Source: an uncultured Acidobacteriota bacterium (lineage in GTDB: Bacteria > Acidobacteriota > Thermoanaerobaculia > Multivoradales > SZUA-115). From it: a stretch of DNA of 64,000 bases. The notes beneath the pieces were generated by a model, which did no database searches, had not been told where the DNA came from, and saw nothing but the letters and a program-made list of their open reading frames with translations. The stretch is taken from the NCBI GenBank assembly GCA_963805975.1, contig CAWDVR010000001.1:736001-800000 (forward strand). Reading direction: 5' to 3'. Position 1 is the first letter of the stretch, and every line of letters begins with the position of its first letter. A program made the position numbers and the translations under genes. Positions 21,547 to 32,700 of the stretch are shown here, one piece after another.

Positions 21547-21996
21547 TCAAGGCAAGCCCTCGAGGTCGCTCAGGTCCTTGAGCCTGCCGGTGGCTCGTTT
21601 GTTGGCTTTGAGGTGTTCCAGGTCGATGAAGTTGGCGGGAGTGCCGTCGACCACGTCAACAATTCGGTTCTCGAAGCATGCGTCGAAATCGACGCCGGAG
21701 ATCGAAGTCAGGAGCTCGATCCGCACCGGCGGAAAGCCCATGCGAATCACCTTGCCCGGTACCTGCAGACCCTCCTGCGTGATGCCCACGGAGCCGAAGC
21801 CAAACTCTTCGAGCACCTGTAGGAGGTGCTCCGCGTTCTTGGGCGTGGTCGCGACCCAGAGGTCGAGGTCGCCAGTGGCGCGAGGATACCCGTGATAGCC
21901 GACGGCGTAGCCACCGACGATCAGGTACTGAACCTCATGCGAGTGCAGCAACTCCAAGAACTCTCTGAAGTCGCGAGGAAGCTGCATCGTCGCCAT
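21547..21996 (-). CDS. Nucleotidyltransferase-fold protein (DUF6036-like, putative toxin-antitoxin component)
   Basis: DFREFLELL...YLIVGGYAVGYHGYPRATGDLDLW...NKRATGRLKDLSDLE. Confidence 0.8.
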   Translation of the reverse strand: MATMQLPRDFREFLELLHSHEVQYLIVGGYAVGYHGYPRATGDLDLWVATTPKNAEHLLQVLEEFGFGSVGITQEGLQVPGKVIRMGFPPVRIELLTSISGVDFDACFENRIVDVVDGTPANFIDLEHLKANKRATGRLKDLSDLEGLP

Positions 21997-22147
21997 ACAT
22001 CACCCGGCGGAGGTATTCCAATGCCTCCAGTCGCTCCTGGGGCGTCCGTGCCTTCCAGAAGTTCTTCTCGTCCGACTCGTCCGACAGCGACGCCACGGCA
22101 AAGTGGCTGCGATCCAACCGAGCGATATCCAGGGCTTTCATTGGCAT
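21935..22147 (-). CDS. Small partner protein of the nucleotidyltransferase (antitoxin-like)
   Basis: 70 aa, FWKARTPQERLEALEYLRR; lies upstream of and overlaps the nucleotidyltransferase gene. Confidence 0.6.
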   Translation of the reverse strand: MPMKALDIARLDRSHFAVASLSDESDEKNFWKARTPQERLEALEYLRRVMYGDDAASSRLQRVLGVAALA

Positions 22148-22237
22148 CCACCTAGCTCAAGGTCAAGGCAGTCTAGCAACACTGGTTGCACCGGCGCGAC
22201 TCCGGGTGGCCCCTTCCACTGCTAGACTTCGTATCGC

Positions 22238-23917
22238 ATGCCCCAGCTCGAAACTCCGTCCCTTCCCCGGACCATCCGTGCCCCTCGCGGCACTGCTCTG
22301 TCCTGCAAGGGCTGGCAGCAGGAAGCCGCGTTGCGCATGCTGATGAACAACCTCGATCCCGAGGTGGCGGAGCGTCCGGCGGACCTCGTGGTCTACGGCG
22401 GCTCGGGCAAGGCGGCGCGCAACTGGGAATGCTTCGAGGCCCTGGTCACGACCCTCCGGCGCCTGGAGGGGGACGAGACGCTCCTCGTCCAGTCCGGCAA
22501 GCCGGTGGCGGTGTTCAAGAGCCACGCCGAGGCGCCCCGCGTGCTGATCGCCAACTCGCTGCTGGTGCCGCACTGGGCCACGGCCGACGAGTTCCGCCGC
22601 CTCGAGGGCCTGGGCCTCACCATGTACGGCCAGATGACCGCCGGCTCCTGGATCTACATCGGCACCCAGGGCATCCTGCAGGGCACCTACGAGACACTCG
22701 CCGAGTGCGCGCGCCAGCATTTCGGGGGCTCGCTCGCCGGCCGCCTGACGGTGACCGCCGGCCTGGGCGGCATGGGCGGCGCGCAGCCGCTCGCCGTGAC
22801 CCTGAACGGCGGCGTCTGCCTGGCCGCCGAGGTGGACGCGAGCCGCATCAGGCGCCGCCTCGAGACCCGTTATCTCGACGTGTGCGCCGCGAGCCTCGAG
22901 GACGGCATCGAACGGGCGCTCGCGGCGCGGGACGCCAAGCAGGCGCTGTCGATCGCCGTCGAGGCCAACGCGGTCGATCTGCTGGCCGAGCTCCTGGCTC
23001 GCGGCCTGGTGCCCGACGTCCTCACCGACCAGACCTCGGCGCACGACGCGCTCCAGGGCTACGTGCCGCACGGCCTGCCCTACGCCGCGGCGCTCACCCT
23101 GCGGGCCGGCGACCCGGAAGGCTACGTCGCGCGCTCCATGGCCTCGATGGCCGAGCACGTGCGGCTGATGCGGGCGCTCCAGGAGCGGGGCGCGGTGACC
23201 TTCGACTACGGCAACAACCTGCGCGGCCAGGCGCTGGCGGCGGGGGTGGCCGATGCGTTCGAGATCGGCGGCTTCGTGCCGCTCTTTATCCGGCCGCTGT
23301 TCTGCCAGGGCAAGGGACCGTTCCGCTGGGCCGTGCTGTCCGGCGACCCGGAGGACCTCGCGGTCACCGACCAGGCCATCCTCGACACCTTCCCGGAGGA
23401 CGAGGCCCTGGGGCGCTGGATCCGCCTGGCTCGCGAGCGCGTGGCCTTCCAGGGCCTGCCGGCCCGCATCTGCTGGCTGGGCTACGGCGAGCGCGCCAAG
23501 GCCGGCCGGGTGTTCAACGAGCTGGTCGCCTCGGGCAAGGTCAGGGCGCCGATCGTCATCGGCCGCGACCACCTCGACTGCGGCTCGGTGGCCTCGCCCA
23601 ACCGCGAGACCGAGGGCATGCTCGACGGCTCGGACGCGATCGCCGACTGGCCGATCCTCAACGCCCTGATCAACGCCGTGAACGGCGCCACCTGGATCTC
23701 CGTGCACCACGGTGGCGGGGTGGGAATCGGCTACTCGATCCACGCCGGCATGGTGGTGGTGGCGGACGGCACGCCGGAGGCCGGGCGGCGGCTGGACCGG
23801 GTGCTGGCGAGCGACCCGGGCATGGGGGTGGCGCGCCACGCCGACGCCGGCTACGACGAGGCCGTAGAGTTCGGCCGTCGGCACGGGGTCGATCTGCCGA
23901 TGCTCCCAGGTCCATGA
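22238..23917 (+). CDS. hutU: Urocanate hydratase
   Basis: [53 protein letters not shown]. Confidence 0.98.
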   Translation: MPQLETPSLPRTIRAPRGTALSCKGWQQEAALRMLMNNLDPEVAERPADLVVYGGSGKAARNWECFEALVTTLRRLEGDETLLVQSGKPVAVFKSHAEAPRVLIANSLLVPHWATADEFRRLEGLGLTMYGQMTAGSWIYIGTQGILQGTYETLAECARQHFGGSLAGRLTVTAGLGGMGGAQPLAVTLNGGVCLAAEVDASRIRRRLETRYLDVCAASLEDGIERALAARDAKQALSIAVEANAVDLLAELLARGLVPDVLTDQTSAHDALQGYVPHGLPYAAALTLRAGDPEGYVARSMASMAEHVRLMRALQERGAVTFDYGNNLRGQALAAGVADAFEIGGFVPLFIRPLFCQGKGPFRWAVLSGDPEDLAVTDQAILDTFPEDEALGRWIRLARERVAFQGLPARICWLGYGERAKAGRVFNELVASGKVRAPIVIGRDHLDCGSVASPNRETEGMLDGSDAIADWPILNALINAVNGATWISVHHGGGVGIGYSIHAGMVVVADGTPEAGRRLDRVLASDPGMGVARHADAGYDEAVEFGRRHGVDLPMLPGP

Positions 23918-23967
23918 TTTTAGGGCCGATGATCTAGCAGCCCTCCCGCCGGGGAGCCCTGAGGCTC

Positions 23968-26900
23968 GTGCCGCGCAACCCTCCCCTCACCGAGACTCTG
24001 ATCTCCCGGCCTTCGGCCGTCGAGACCGTGCTGCTCGCGGCCTCGGCGGCGACCCCGCTCCTGCCCGCGCCGTGGGGTGCTCTCGCCCTGGTCGTGCTCG
24101 CGGCGCTCTGGTGGCGCCGCCGGCCCTCGCGCCGCGAGCTCGCCGTGGCCCTCCCGGCGCTGGCGCTCGCCGCCGTTCTCCTGGCGGCCGGCTGGCTCGC
24201 CTCGCGGCCGGACGTCCGCACCCTCGAAGCGTGGGACGTGGCCGCCACCCGCCAGTACGGGCGCCTGTGGGCGGAGCTGGACGACCTGGCGCGGGAGGCC
24301 CGGGAGGCGGTGGGCCGGGCGCCGGTGACGCGCGCCGAGCGCCAGGCCGCCTTCGCGCGCCTGGCCGAGGTGGCGACCCCCGGCGGAACCGACCGCGCTT
24401 CGGTGCTGCTGGTCGATCCGGACGGCGAGGCGAGCGCCTGGTCGGGGAGCGGCCTGCTGCACGAGCCCACGCCCGAGGAGCTGCCGCCCCGCGGCCGGCA
24501 CTTCCGTGCCGGGTTCACGGCCGTGACGCTGATGGTGATCGAGCCGCTGGACGATTCGCGGCGCCCCTGGCGCGTGGTGGCGGGCAGGAGCTTCCCGACC
24601 GACCGCCTTCCCTTCCCGCCGCCGGGCGGCGAGGCGGACACCGACTTCCGCTGGTCGGTGGTGGAGGAGACGCGCGATCCGGCCGGCGCCGAGGGCCTCC
24701 GCCTGGCTCCGGCTCTCCTGCCGGCCATGGTGATCACCCCGCGCCCGCTGCTCGCCCGCGGTCTCGCGGAGGCGAGCCCGATCTGGGGGAGAGCAGCCTG
24801 GGCGGCGCTCGCCGCGGCCCTGCTGGCGGTAGTGGTGCTGCGGGGCGTGGGGCTCCTGCTCACCGGCGGGGCGCGTGGCAGCCACGCCGGCTCGCTGACG
24901 GCTCTGGCGCTCGCCGGCACGGCCGCCGCGGCCAGCGCCGCGGGTGCGCCGGGGACGGCGGTGGCGGCCCTGGGCCTCGGCGTGCTCCTCGCGGCCCTGG
25001 GCCTCGCCTGGCAGGCGCCGGAGATGCCGCCCTGGGCCACGGCGGTTGCGGGAGGCTCCGCCGCGCTCGCCGTAGGCTTCCTCGCCTGGCTCTTCCAGGA
25101 GGCGCTGGGGCCGCTCGATCTGGGCTCGGACCTCTGGGCCGGGACCGAAGTCTTCTGCCTCCGTCTCGCGGCCGGGGTCGCGGCCTTCGGCCTCCTGGCC
25201 CTGGCGGGCCGGCGGCGGAAGCCGAGTGTCGAAGCCTCGGTCGCTGGCTCCTCGGTCGGGGGAGGGGGCCATGCGCTCGCCTGGTGGGCGGCCGGCCTGC
25301 TACTCCTGGCGTCCCTCGCCGCCGACCGCCCGCCGATCGCGCTCCTCCTGCTGGCGCTCTCCGGCGTGGCGATCGCCCTGTGGCTCGCCCACCGGCGCCT
25401 GCTCGCCGAGGCGGGGTCGTTCGCCGCCTTCGTGGCCCTCGCCTGGATCACAGGTGCCGTGGGCTGGGAGGTGGCGTACCGCCAGCTCCTGCGGCTCGAG
25501 GTCGAGCGGCAGGTGCTGCCGCGGCTGGCGCCGCCGAGCAGCGCGGAGATGGACGCCGTCGCGAGCGAGGTCTCGGGTTTCCTCGATGCGCTGGACCTCG
25601 AGTCGCTGACCGCGCGCCCGCTCGACGGCATGGACCGCCGCGACCTGGCCTACGCCGTGTGGCGCCAGTCGCCGCTCGCCCGACGCAGTGCGCTCTCCGC
25701 CGTCAAGCTGGTGCCGGCCGACCCCGAGGTCCTTCCCAGCCTGGGGGCCTTTCCGGAGCGCACCGTCTTCTCCTTCGGCCTGCCCCTCTCCGATGCCGGG
25801 GAAGCGGTCTGGGAGCCCGCGAGCTCGCCGGACCCGGTGCTCCCGGCCTGGGACGATCTGCTGGTGAACGGCGAGGTCCGGCTGACGGCGGGCGGCAGGC
25901 CCTGGGGCACGGCCCGCTGGTGGCTGGTGCCGCGGCCGGGCTTCGGCCTGGGCCGGAGGGAGAGCGCCGAGCAGGTGGTGGTGGGCCTGCTGCGCGGCGC
26001 GCCCGGCGATCCCCAGTCGGCGATCGGCCTGCCCGAGCCGGTGCTCTACGCCCTCTACCCGGGCGACGGCAGGCCGCTGGTCTCACCCTGGCAGGACGAG
26101 CCGCCGGCGCCGGCGCCGGTGGTGGCCGGCGACCGCTTCTCCGGCCTGGTCGAAACGCCGGAGGGGCCCACCTGGGCGTTTGCGCGGCGCGGGGCCGACG
26201 GCTACGAGGCTCTCTACCTGCCGCGGCTCCAGGGCCTGGAAGCGCCGGAGCGGGTGGGCACGGCGGCGGCCACCGCGCTGCTGTTCGTGGCCGTCGCGAC
26301 CCTGATCGCGCTGCTCCTGGCGCTGCCGCGGCCCGCCTTCCGCGACCTGGTGACCCGCGCCGTGCGCTCCTACTCGCGGCGGCTGCTGCTGGTGTTCACG
26401 GCGCTCCTGGTGGTGCCCTTCCTGCTCCTCGACCTGGTGCTGCTGCGCACGGTCGAGGCCTCGCTGTCCCGCGACCAGGAAGCGCGCGGCGAGCAGGCGA
26501 TCGTCGCCGCGCAGCAGGCGGCGCTGGCCACGATCGCCGGCCAGGAGCCCGGCTTCGGCATCGACACGGCGCTCTCGACCGAGTACCTGAAGGACCTGTC
26601 GCGCCTGGTCGACCACGACGTCAACGTCTACTTCGGCTCGGCCTTCCTCTCCTCGTCGAGCGGCGAGCTGTTCACGGCGGGCCTCCTGCCGCGGCGCATT
26701 CCGGGCGAGGTCTACGCCCGGCTGGCGCTCGAGGGCTACGGCATCGCCGAGCGCACCAGCCGGGCCGTGGACACACCCTACCTCGAGCTCTACCGCCCCA
26801 TGGCGCTCCCCGGCGCGGCCGAGGGCGAGGCGGACGAGCCGCGCATCTTCCTCTCGGTGCCGCTCCTGGCGCAGCAGGAGGAGGCGGCCGGGGTGCTGGC

Positions 26901-28242
26901 GGGCCTGCGGCGCCGCGTCGTGGTGGCCACCACCTCGCTCTTCGCGCTGCTGATCGCGGTCGGCGGCCGGCTGGCCCGCAACTTCACGAAGCCTTTGCAG
27001 GAGCTGGTCGAGGGCACGCGGCGGATCGCCGCCGGCGCGCCCTCGCTCGACCTCGCGCCCTCCGACCTCGAGCTCGCCGCGCTGGTCAAAGCCGTGGACG
27101 AGATGGCGCGGCGCATCGCGCGCTCGCGCGGCGAGCTGCTGCGCGAGAAGGCGGTGGTGGAGCGGATGGTCGAGAGCATCACCTCTGGCGTGGTGTCGCT
27201 CGACGCCCGCCACCGCGTGGTGATGCACAACCGGGTGGCGGCCGAGCTCCTGGGCGTGGCGATCGGCGACCAGCTCGAGCAGGTGGCGGCGGCGCGCGAG
27301 CGCCTGCGCCCGCTCTCGACCTTTCTCGCGAGCCTGCCCGCGGCGAGCGACGGCAATCCGCGGCGCGAGACCGTCCGCTTCGGCGGCTTCGCCGGGGGCG
27401 AACGGGAGTGGACGCTTGTCTGGGTGCCGCTGCCCGCGGTTTCCGGGGCGGGGGTTTCCGGGGCGAGTGTCTCCGGGGCGCCGGCCGAGGGCTCCGGGGA
27501 GCCCGCCGCGCTCCTGGTGGTGGAGGACGTGACCGAGGTGTTTCGCGGCCAGCGCCTCGCCGCCTGGGCCGAGATGGCGCGCATGATCGCCCACGAGATC
27601 AAGAACCCGCTCACCCCCATCCGCCTCTCGGCCGAGCACATGCGCCAGGTGCGGGTCCGGGACCCCGAGCACTTCGACGAGATCTTCGAGCGCTGCACCA
27701 CCAACATCCTGCACCAGGTGGACGAGCTGCAGCAGATCGCCTCGGAGTTCTCGACCTACAGCCGCATCCCGCGGATCGAGGTGCGCGAAGGCGATCTGCG
27801 GCCGGCGCTCGCGGCGCTGGTCGAAGGCTACCGGGCGGCGCCGCCGCCGGGGCTCGAGGTGGCGGGAACGCTGCCGGCGGAGCCGGTGGTGGTGCGTTTC
27901 GACGAGCGGCTGCTCTCGCGCGCGGTGCGCAACCTGCTCGAGAACGCGGTGCGCGCCGCCTCGGCCACCCGGGAGGTCAGGAACGGCGGCCGGGTGGAGC
28001 TGACGCTCGAGGCGCAGCCCGCGGCCGGCGAGGCGCGCCTCGCGGTGCTGGACACCGGGCCGGGCGTGGCGCCGGACCTCCTGCCGCGTATCTTCGATCC
28101 CTACTTCTCGACCCATGACACCGGCACCGGCCTCGGGCTGCCCATCGCGCGGCGCATCGTCGAAGAGCACGGCGGCACGATCGCGGCCCGCAACCGGCCG
28201 GGCGGCGGGCTCGAGGTGGAGATTAGAATCCCGCTCGCATGA
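23968..28242 (+). CDS. Large multi-TM sensor histidine kinase (HAMP-PAS-HisKA-HATPase, NtrY-like core)
   Basis: AHEIKNPLTPI H-box, NLLENA, DTGPG, FDPYFST, GTGLGL; about 1000-aa membrane-rich N-terminus; start uncertain. Confidence 0.88.
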   Translation: MPRNPPLTETLISRPSAVETVLLAASAATPLLPAPWGALALVVLAALWWRRRPSRRELAVALPALALAAVLLAAGWLASRPDVRTLEAWDVAATRQYGRLWAELDDLAREAREAVGRAPVTRAERQAAFARLAEVATPGGTDRASVLLVDPDGEASAWSGSGLLHEPTPEELPPRGRHFRAGFTAVTLMVIEPLDDSRRPWRVVAGRSFPTDRLPFPPPGGEADTDFRWSVVEETRDPAGAEGLRLAPALLPAMVITPRPLLARGLAEASPIWGRAAWAALAAALLAVVVLRGVGLLLTGGARGSHAGSLTALALAGTAAAASAAGAPGTAVAALGLGVLLAALGLAWQAPEMPPWATAVAGGSAALAVGFLAWLFQEALGPLDLGSDLWAGTEVFCLRLAAGVAAFGLLALAGRRRKPSVEASVAGSSVGGGGHALAWWAAGLLLLASLAADRPPIALLLLALSGVAIALWLAHRRLLAEAGSFAAFVALAWITGAVGWEVAYRQLLRLEVERQVLPRLAPPSSAEMDAVASEVSGFLDALDLESLTARPLDGMDRRDLAYAVWRQSPLARRSALSAVKLVPADPEVLPSLGAFPERTVFSFGLPLSDAGEAVWEPASSPDPVLPAWDDLLVNGEVRLTAGGRPWGTARWWLVPRPGFGLGRRESAEQVVVGLLRGAPGDPQSAIGLPEPVLYALYPGDGRPLVSPWQDEPPAPAPVVAGDRFSGLVETPEGPTWAFARRGADGYEALYLPRLQGLEAPERVGTAAATALLFVAVATLIALLLALPRPAFRDLVTRAVRSYSRRLLLVFTALLVVPFLLLDLVLLRTVEASLSRDQEARGEQAIVAAQQAALATIAGQEPGFGIDTALSTEYLKDLSRLVDHDVNVYFGSAFLSSSSGELFTAGLLPRRIPGEVYARLALEGYGIAERTSRAVDTPYLELYRPMALPGAAEGEADEPRIFLSVPLLAQQEEAAGVLAGLRRRVVVATTSLFALLIAVGGRLARNFTKPLQELVEGTRRIAAGAPSLDLAPSDLELAALVKAVDEMARRIARSRGELLREKAVVERMVESITSGVVSLDARHRVVMHNRVAAELLGVAIGDQLEQVAAARERLRPLSTFLASLPAASDGNPRRETVRFGGFAGGEREWTLVWVPLPAVSGAGVSGASVSGAPAEGSGEPAALLVVEDVTEVFRGQRLAAWAEMARMIAHEIKNPLTPIRLSAEHMRQVRVRDPEHFDEIFERCTTNILHQVDELQQIASEFSTYSRIPRIEVREGDLRPALAALVEGYRAAPPPGLEVAGTLPAEPVVVRFDERLLSRAVRNLLENAVRAASATREVRNGGRVELTLEAQPAAGEARLAVLDTGPGVAPDLLPRIFDPYFSTHDTGTGLGLPIARRIVEEHGGTIAARNRPGGGLEVEIRIPLA
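27439..27480 (+). repeat. 15-bp tandem repeat x3 (VSGAG/VSGAS/VSGA)
   Basis: GTTTCCGGGGCGGGG-GTTTCCGGGGCGAGT-GTCTCCGGGGCG. Confidence 0.8.
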
Positions 28243-29702
28243 GAGGCCGTCACCCGTCGTTCTCGGCGCTCGCCCAGGCCGCCGCACTGGCGGCGGCAGT
28301 GCTGGCGCTCGCGGCCTGCCCGGGCGGACGGGGGCGGCTCGAGAAGCCCGAGCGCTCCGTGCTCTGGGTGACGCGAGGCGGCACGCTCGACTACGCCGAC
28401 TTCGCGGCCCTCGGGCAGCGGGGCGTGGGAGAGCTGTTCGTCGAGGCCGGGCGCCTCTCCTGGCAGGGCGCCAGCCCGCGCATCGAGCCGGTGCCGACTC
28501 TCTCCCTGCCGCGGCGTACCGAGGTCACGCTGGTGATCACCGGCGCCTGGCCCCAGGAAGAGCTGGAGGCCGGAGAGACCGCGGCGCGGCTCGCCGGGGA
28601 GCTGGCCAGGGTCGCGGCGCGTGCCCGCGAGGCCAATCTCGAGGCCCTGGGCTTCCACTTCGATGTCGGCGCCAGGCGCTCGCTCGCCGGCTACGGCGCG
28701 ACGCTCGGGGCGCTGCGGCGCGAGCTCGAGCCGCCGGCCTTCGTGTCGGCGACCGTGGAGCGCACCTGGCTCGGCGAGAAGGCCCTTCCCGACCTGGCAC
28801 GCGCGGTGGACTTCCTGGTGCCCTTCCTCTACGGCCAGCGGCCGGGCGAGCCCGAGGACGCCGCGGCCTGGGACCTGCGGCGGGTGGAGGAGAACCTGCG
28901 CCAGGTCGAGGCACAGGGCAGCCGCTACCTGGTCGGCGTGGTGACGCTGGCCCGTACCCTGGAGATCGGCGGCCGGGGCGCCGAGACCACCCGTGTGTCG
29001 CTGCCCGCGCTGGTGCGCAACCCGGCGCTCGAGCTGGCCATCGGCTTCAGCCTCGAGGGCCTCGACCGCTCGGTCTACCAGTTCAAGGCGCGGGAGGCGG
29101 TGACGGTCGGCGGGCTCGAGCTGAAGCGCGGGGCAGGCATCCGGGTGATGGGCCTCGCCACCCACCACGTGGAAGAGCTCGAGCGCCGGCTCGGGGCGCT
29201 GGACCTCGGGCGCAAGCTCGGCACCGCCTACTACCGTCTGGCCGGGCCCGAGGAGCGGATGTCGCTGTCGCTCGCCAACCTCGAGCTGGCCCTGGCGCCG
29301 GAGCCGGCCCTCGCCGCGCCGCACCTTCGCCTGCTCCCGGCCGGCAACCGGCGCTACACGGTGGAGGTCGAGAACCAGAGCTCCGAGCGCTCCGACGTGA
29401 TGGTGCTCGCCGGCAACTTCGTCGAGCTGCGGGTGGCGGGCGGCACCTTCCTCCGTGCCGATCCCGGCGCCTTTCTTCGCTGGGAGCTCCTGGAGGAGCG
29501 CGGCGGCGAGCTGGTGCGCTCCTTCCGCCGCGCCACCGTGCTCCGTCTCTACGCGCCCATCCTCGACGGCGGCGAGACCCTGGCAAGCGGCGCGATCGAC
29601 GTGAGCGGCGGCACGGTCACGGCCTCCGGCTCCTTCGTGGTGCCGGGCGGCAAGGCGGTGGCGGCGGTGGTGGACGTGGCGCCCTCGACCCGGCCCGAGT
29701 AA
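28239..29702 (+). CDS. Hypothetical lipoprotein, possible GH18/DUF3142-like TIM barrel plus beta domains
   Basis: Lipobox LAAC; ATGA overlap with the kinase; GFHFDV and VDFLVPFLYG resemble GH18-like strands. Confidence 0.6.
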   Translation: MRGRHPSFSALAQAAALAAAVLALAACPGGRGRLEKPERSVLWVTRGGTLDYADFAALGQRGVGELFVEAGRLSWQGASPRIEPVPTLSLPRRTEVTLVITGAWPQEELEAGETAARLAGELARVAARAREANLEALGFHFDVGARRSLAGYGATLGALRRELEPPAFVSATVERTWLGEKALPDLARAVDFLVPFLYGQRPGEPEDAAAWDLRRVEENLRQVEAQGSRYLVGVVTLARTLEIGGRGAETTRVSLPALVRNPALELAIGFSLEGLDRSVYQFKAREAVTVGGLELKRGAGIRVMGLATHHVEELERRLGALDLGRKLGTAYYRLAGPEERMSLSLANLELALAPEPALAAPHLRLLPAGNRRYTVEVENQSSERSDVMVLAGNFVELRVAGGTFLRADPGAFLRWELLEERGGELVRSFRRATVLRLYAPILDGGETLASGAIDVSGGTVTASGSFVVPGGKAVAAVVDVAPSTRPE

Positions 29703-29750
29703 CGAACGCGGCGCAGGGCGGCCCAATCTTCCTCCAGAGGAGGTTTCACC

Positions 29751-32700
29751 ATGCCGCTACGCCGCACGGGTTTCCCGCGCTCCGGCCTTGCTCCGCTCGC
29801 CGCCGCCGTACTGCTCGCCTTCGCCTTCGCCTTCGCCTCCGCCGAGCCCGCCCGTGCCCAGACGTGCTGGGCGTACGTGAACACCCCGGCCTCGGCGCCG
29901 ATCAGTTGCGTGGATCAGGGCGACCTCTCGCCCGGCTGCTTCTGGAATGGCGACTGCCACGACGATCTCGACCTTTCGGACTGCTGCACGACCATCCCCG
30001 GCGGTCCGCAGAGCGTCCTCCAGATGCACTCCGCCTGGCATAGCTGCTTCGGCGCCATCGGCGACTCGGACGGCGACAACCCGCCCATGCGGGGCAACCG
30101 TTGGTACGCCTTCCATCGCCAGATCGAGCACGACTACAACCTGTGGCGCGAGAGCGGTAACTTCTGCAACCCCACGGCCGGCAGCCCCCAGGGGTGCAAG
30201 ATCGAGTCGGTCGACTGGTGCCCGAATATGCTGCTGCCGTACGGCTTCGACTGCGACCTCGCGGCCGGCGGCACCGGCTGCGGCACCCAGGGCTTCGTCG
30301 CCGACAACTCGGCCCAGGACTGTAACCCCACCCTCGGCAGCACCAATCCCTGCCGGCCCAACAACGCCGCCTGCCCCGGCTGCCAGGCCTTCCCGCAATG
30401 CCTGTTCCTGGGCGGCGCCGGCCCGGCGGCGTGCCCGCTGGCACCCAGCGCCTCCTGCTCGGGCACCGGCGTCAACCTGCCCCACACCGAGCTGGCGGAC
30501 TTTCCGGACGTCGAGGAGCTGACCACGCTCCTGGACTCGAGCTTCCACGGCAACATGCACGGCGCCGTGGGCACCGCCGGCCCCTGCGGCGACATCAACA
30601 GCTCCGGCTGCTCGGTGCGCGATCCCATGTTCTGGCGCCTGCACAAGGCGATCGACGACGTGGTGCGCGCCTGGCAGGACATCAACGCCACCGACGTGAT
30701 GGTGGTGGTCGACCGCTCGGGCAGCATGAACGAGCTGGACTCGACGGGCGACAGCAAGCTCACCGCCGCGCTCGAGGCCGCCGACCTCTTCGCCGACCTG
30801 ATGGAGGACGCCCGCGCCGACGGCCAGACCAACCGCATCGGCGTCGTCTCCTACGCCTCGAACGCCGGCGACGCGGCGCGCAACCTGGCGCCGATCGCGG
30901 CCGGGCCCACGCTGCGCGATCCCGGCCAGCCGTTCCCCAATGTGCTCGCCGCGATCGGCGGCGCGGGCGGCGGCGGCTGCACGGGCATCGGCAGCGGCAT
31001 CCAGGCGGCGGCCGACCAGATCTGCCCCGGGGGCGACTGCGGCGCCGTGCCCGATCCGCCGCCGGCCGGCACCAACCGCCGCAAGTCCATCCTGCTGCTG
31101 ACCGACGGCATCGAGAACGTGCCGCCGTGCCTGCAATCGGCCGGTCCCGCCGGCGCGACCTGCGGTGGCCAGTGCTTCGGCGCCACGCTCGATGCGACCC
31201 GGCTCTACGACACCCAGGTCTGCGCCGTGGGCTTCGGCGACGCCGGCTCGCTCAACGGCGATCTCCTGACCCTCTTCGCCGAGCGCCAGGGCGGCATCTA
31301 CATGCAGAACCCGGCCCTCGACCCGGACGGCGAGTGGATCGATCTCAAGGACTTCTTCGCCAAGTGCTTCGGCCAGTTGACCGACGAGTTCCTGGGGCTC
31401 GATCCCAAGGGCATCCTCGCCCCCGGCCAGGCGGCCAGCGAGGCCATCGAGTACACCTCCTGCGGCGACGGCAAGCTGACCTTCGTCGGCGGCTGGAAGA
31501 CGGCTGTCGACCGCGGCGAGCTGCGCCTGCTGATCCACGCCCCGAACGGCGACCTGGTGCGACCGGGCGCCGGCGTGGAGACCTCGACCCAGGCCACCTG
31601 GGACTTCTCCCGGCTGCGCCTGCCCTACGGCACGGCCTCGACCGGCCTCTGGCAGGCCCACCTCGTGCGCCCCCACCGGGCCTTCGTCAACGGTTTCACG
31701 AGCGACGCCTTCGCCGACCCCAAAGCCGGAGTCGAGCTGGTGCGGCGCGAGATCCAGCGCCTGTGCCCGACGGGATGCAAGCGGGTGCTCTACTTCGAGG
31801 ACCAGACGCTCGGCACCTCGGTCTACGACAAGGCGATCCAGGTCGAGCTCGGCACGCGCCTCCTGGGCACAGTCTCCCGCACCAACCGGCCCGACGAGCT
31901 GGCGGGCCTGCTGCGCCGCGAGTGGGACCTGCTGGTCTACGCCCACCAGAAGGGCGAGGCGCCGGAGCCCTACGACGGCCCCCTTGCCGAGCGGATCTGC
32001 GGCGGCCAGCGCGCCATCCTGACCGACACCCGCGGCCAGGCCGCGGCCTCGATCCTCAAGTGCGCGGGCGCGGCCTACGACGAGGGCCGCAACCACAGGC
32101 TGCTGGCGGTGGACGGTGAGCTGCTCGCCGGCCAGCACAAGCTCCACGACCCCGGCCATGCGATCTGGAGCTATGGCCTGCGGCCCGCGGGGAGCACCGC
32201 CCAAGCGCGGCTGGACGGCCGGACCCACGGCATCGTGGCTGCGGTCCAGCGCGGGGCCGAGCAGCGCTGGTTCGTGGACGTGCTGGTGCGGGGCCTGAAC
32301 AAGCTCGAGGCCCACAAGCCGGTGTCGCACTTCGAGACCGGCAGCGATCTGCTGCCGAGCGTGCGGATCTCGCCCTTCACCGTCACCGCCGGCGGCTTCG
32401 ACCGCGTCCAGGCCAGGGTGGAGATCGAGCGCCCGCTCCTCGGCCTCGGCACGCTGCTGGCCCGCACCGGTCTCGCCAAGGAGGTGCGGATCGGCGAGGA
32501 GCGGCTCGACCCGCGCGCCGCCACGCTCCTGGCGCTCGAGCAGGCGCGCCGCGGGCCGGTGATCCCCACCACCACCGAGACCTACCCGCTGTTCGACGAC
32601 GGTACGAACGGCGACCTGGTGGCGGGCAACAACTACTTCTCGGCCCAGCTTCCGCGCGCCGCCTCGGCGGACGGCATGTACCGCTATCGCTACATCCTGG

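Noticed and set aside
29816-29840. CGCCTT hexamer repeat in the tyrosinase-vWA signal peptide as a phase-variation tract
   Set aside because: It is short and in frame (AFAFAF); changes in unit number would not switch expression.
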